A DNA stretch of 64,000 bases from Octopus sinensis. Its lineage: Eukaryota. The translations under genes were made by a program, and so were the position numbers. Location: positions 222,607-286,606 of the forward strand of contig NW_021836146.1 of the NCBI RefSeq assembly GCF_006345805.1, in the 5' to 3' direction. The notes beneath the pieces were generated by a model. That model worked only from the letters and a program-made list of their open reading frames with translations. It was not told the origin of the DNA and did not search any database. Shown in pieces: positions 62,161 through 64,000 of this stretch; the stretch's first letter is position 1, and each line of letters opens with the position of its first letter.

Positions 62161-62626
62161 GTGTGCGTGTGTGTGTAATGAGGAGTGCGTATGCGTGTGA
62201 TGTTTATCGGAATGGAGCTCACTCAGTGAACGAAACAAATGTTGGCATTGTTTTCAGTTTTCTCTTTAAGACAGAATTTTAATTCTAAGAATTCATATTA
62301 AAAAAAAAACTAAAAACAAACAAACAAAACAAAAACAAAAAAAAGACAATCTTAGTCGTTCTAAAAATTCGAATTCTTTTTATACTGTTCTTTCCTTTAT
62401 TTAATATTGTTATTCTTTGTGTAAATTTCTGTTTTAATACACGTGTTTCTTTTTATCTAAAATTATTTATTTAGTTTTGTAATTCCCGTGACTGAGAAAT
62501 AGTGCTGTGTTTTAAAGTTTGTATCAGCTCATTGTCTCTATTGTCATTTGGCCCCATGTCAGCTCTGATGAAGCAGACCTACGGAGAAGCAGTCCCACCT
62601 TGACCGTTTCGTCTTATGTAGTATAT

Positions 62627-62860
62627 CTATTTCTTTACTACCCACAAGGGGCTAAACATAGAGGGGCACAAACAAGGACAGACAAGGTATTAAGTCGATT
62701 ACATATAGCCCCATGCGTAACAGGTGCTTATTTAATCGACCCCGAAAGGATGAAAGGCAAAGTCGACCTCGGCGGAATTTGAACTCAGAACGTAGCGGCA
62801 GACAAAATACCGCTAAGCATTTCGCCCGGCGTGCTAACGTTTCTGCCAGCTCGCCGCCTT
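62627..62860 (-). mobile_element. SINE family B, full length with 15-bp TSD
   Basis: TSD TATGTAGTATATCTA. Confidence 0.9.
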
Positions 62861-63734
62861 CATATGTAGTATATCTATGACTGCATTATCCAATATGTCA
62901 TTCATTTTAAGGTAATTGGTGTTAAAATAGTCTAACAGTGGCCATCCCATCTTATTTGTAAGCTTTGTATATCTAGGAATATACCATCCAATAACACTTT
63001 TACGAGCGGTTGTGATTTGAGGGAAATGTTTTCTATTTTTAGCAGGTTAGTCGGTCACTTTGTGGTTCTGAGTTTAACCCGGGTTTATATCAGCTTTCCT
63101 AGTTGAGAATTAATGCAAATTTCAAACAGAACAGCCACAAGCTTACAGAATATTTTTTCTTTAGATTGACAAACACAAAGGGGCGTGAGAACGGCAGGAT
63201 TGAATTTGGAATAAGCAGCCACTACATTAAAGATTTGGCACTGAGATCAGTTATTGTGATTCTGCATTGTTTTTAATGTTTTATCAGAGAAAGAGAGCAG
63301 CGCACATGACGCTCTTCAGGGTCTCCGAGACTGATGTCAGAAAGTAAAGGATTTATCATTATACCATTGAGGCGGCTCCAAATACTTACAGCAGAGTAAA
63401 CTTTGATAAAGGCGCTCAAACGTTAGTGATGGCGTTAAACTGAATTACGGATTAATACTGCTTAAGTTTCCGTAAACAAACTTCTCTCATAAAGGGGTTT
63501 GGCTTTACAGGAGGATATTAGTTCTGCTATATCCTTTTATTAAAGAGGTCGAACGGTAAGTACTAAGCAATGAGATTAAGCTCCAATCAAGTGAATGCGA
63601 AACGAAATTCATAACTACACAACTGTACCTTTGCCTGGATTGTATTATCCATGACTGCTTATCCAGCATTAAATATCAAATATTAAACATGGAACAACAT
63701 ACAAATGAGTAAATAAAAGTTTTAGTTTCGAATT

Positions 63735-63930
63735 TTGGCAGAAGTCCAGCAATTTAGGGGCAGGGATAAGTTGATTAATCGACCCCGGTGGTTCGAAGGT
63801 GCTTATTTTTATCGACCCCGAAATATGAAAAGTAAAGTCGACCTCGGTGAATTTGACTCAGACGTAAAGACGGACGAAATGCCGCTAAGCTTTTCGGCCG
63901 GCGTGCTAACAATTCTATCGGCTCGCTGTC
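63735..63930 (-). mobile_element. SINE family B, diverged, alternative tail
   Basis: Core TATCGACCCCGAAA..GAAAAGTAAAGTCGACCTCGG recognisable. Confidence 0.75.
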
Positions 63931-64000
63931 TTAGAGGCAAATGAAATATTCCCATCAAATAATCATAAATCCACAAATATCTGTGTGTGTGCATATGTAT

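Overview
AT-rich, repeat-dense animal genomic DNA. The SINE families, (TA)n/(CA)n/(AGAT)n load and LINE remnants point to a coleoid cephalopod, probably Octopus (recognised from memory, not from a search). No nameable protein-coding gene, rRNA or functional tRNA is supported, and almost all ORF-track entries are microsatellite or transposon artefacts. The window holds many tRNA-derived SINE copies (my working labels A-D), fragments of RTE, CR1/L2-group, R4/Dong-like and L1/Tx1-like LINEs, Helitron and Tc1/mariner derivatives, and an apparently identical 1,349-bp tandem duplication. It also has a compact promoter-like cluster at 25.4-25.65 kb and a few weak candidate exons. The main result is a set of minimal type I hammerhead ribozyme motifs in Penelope-like repeats embedded in (TA)n: one canonical, three copies of a U3-A8 compensatory-core variant in a 362-nt tandem and inverted unit (retrozyme-like), two U4C variants and one A6U variant. 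All folds, alignments and element boundaries were worked out by eye; boundaries are approximate and ribozyme activity is untested.
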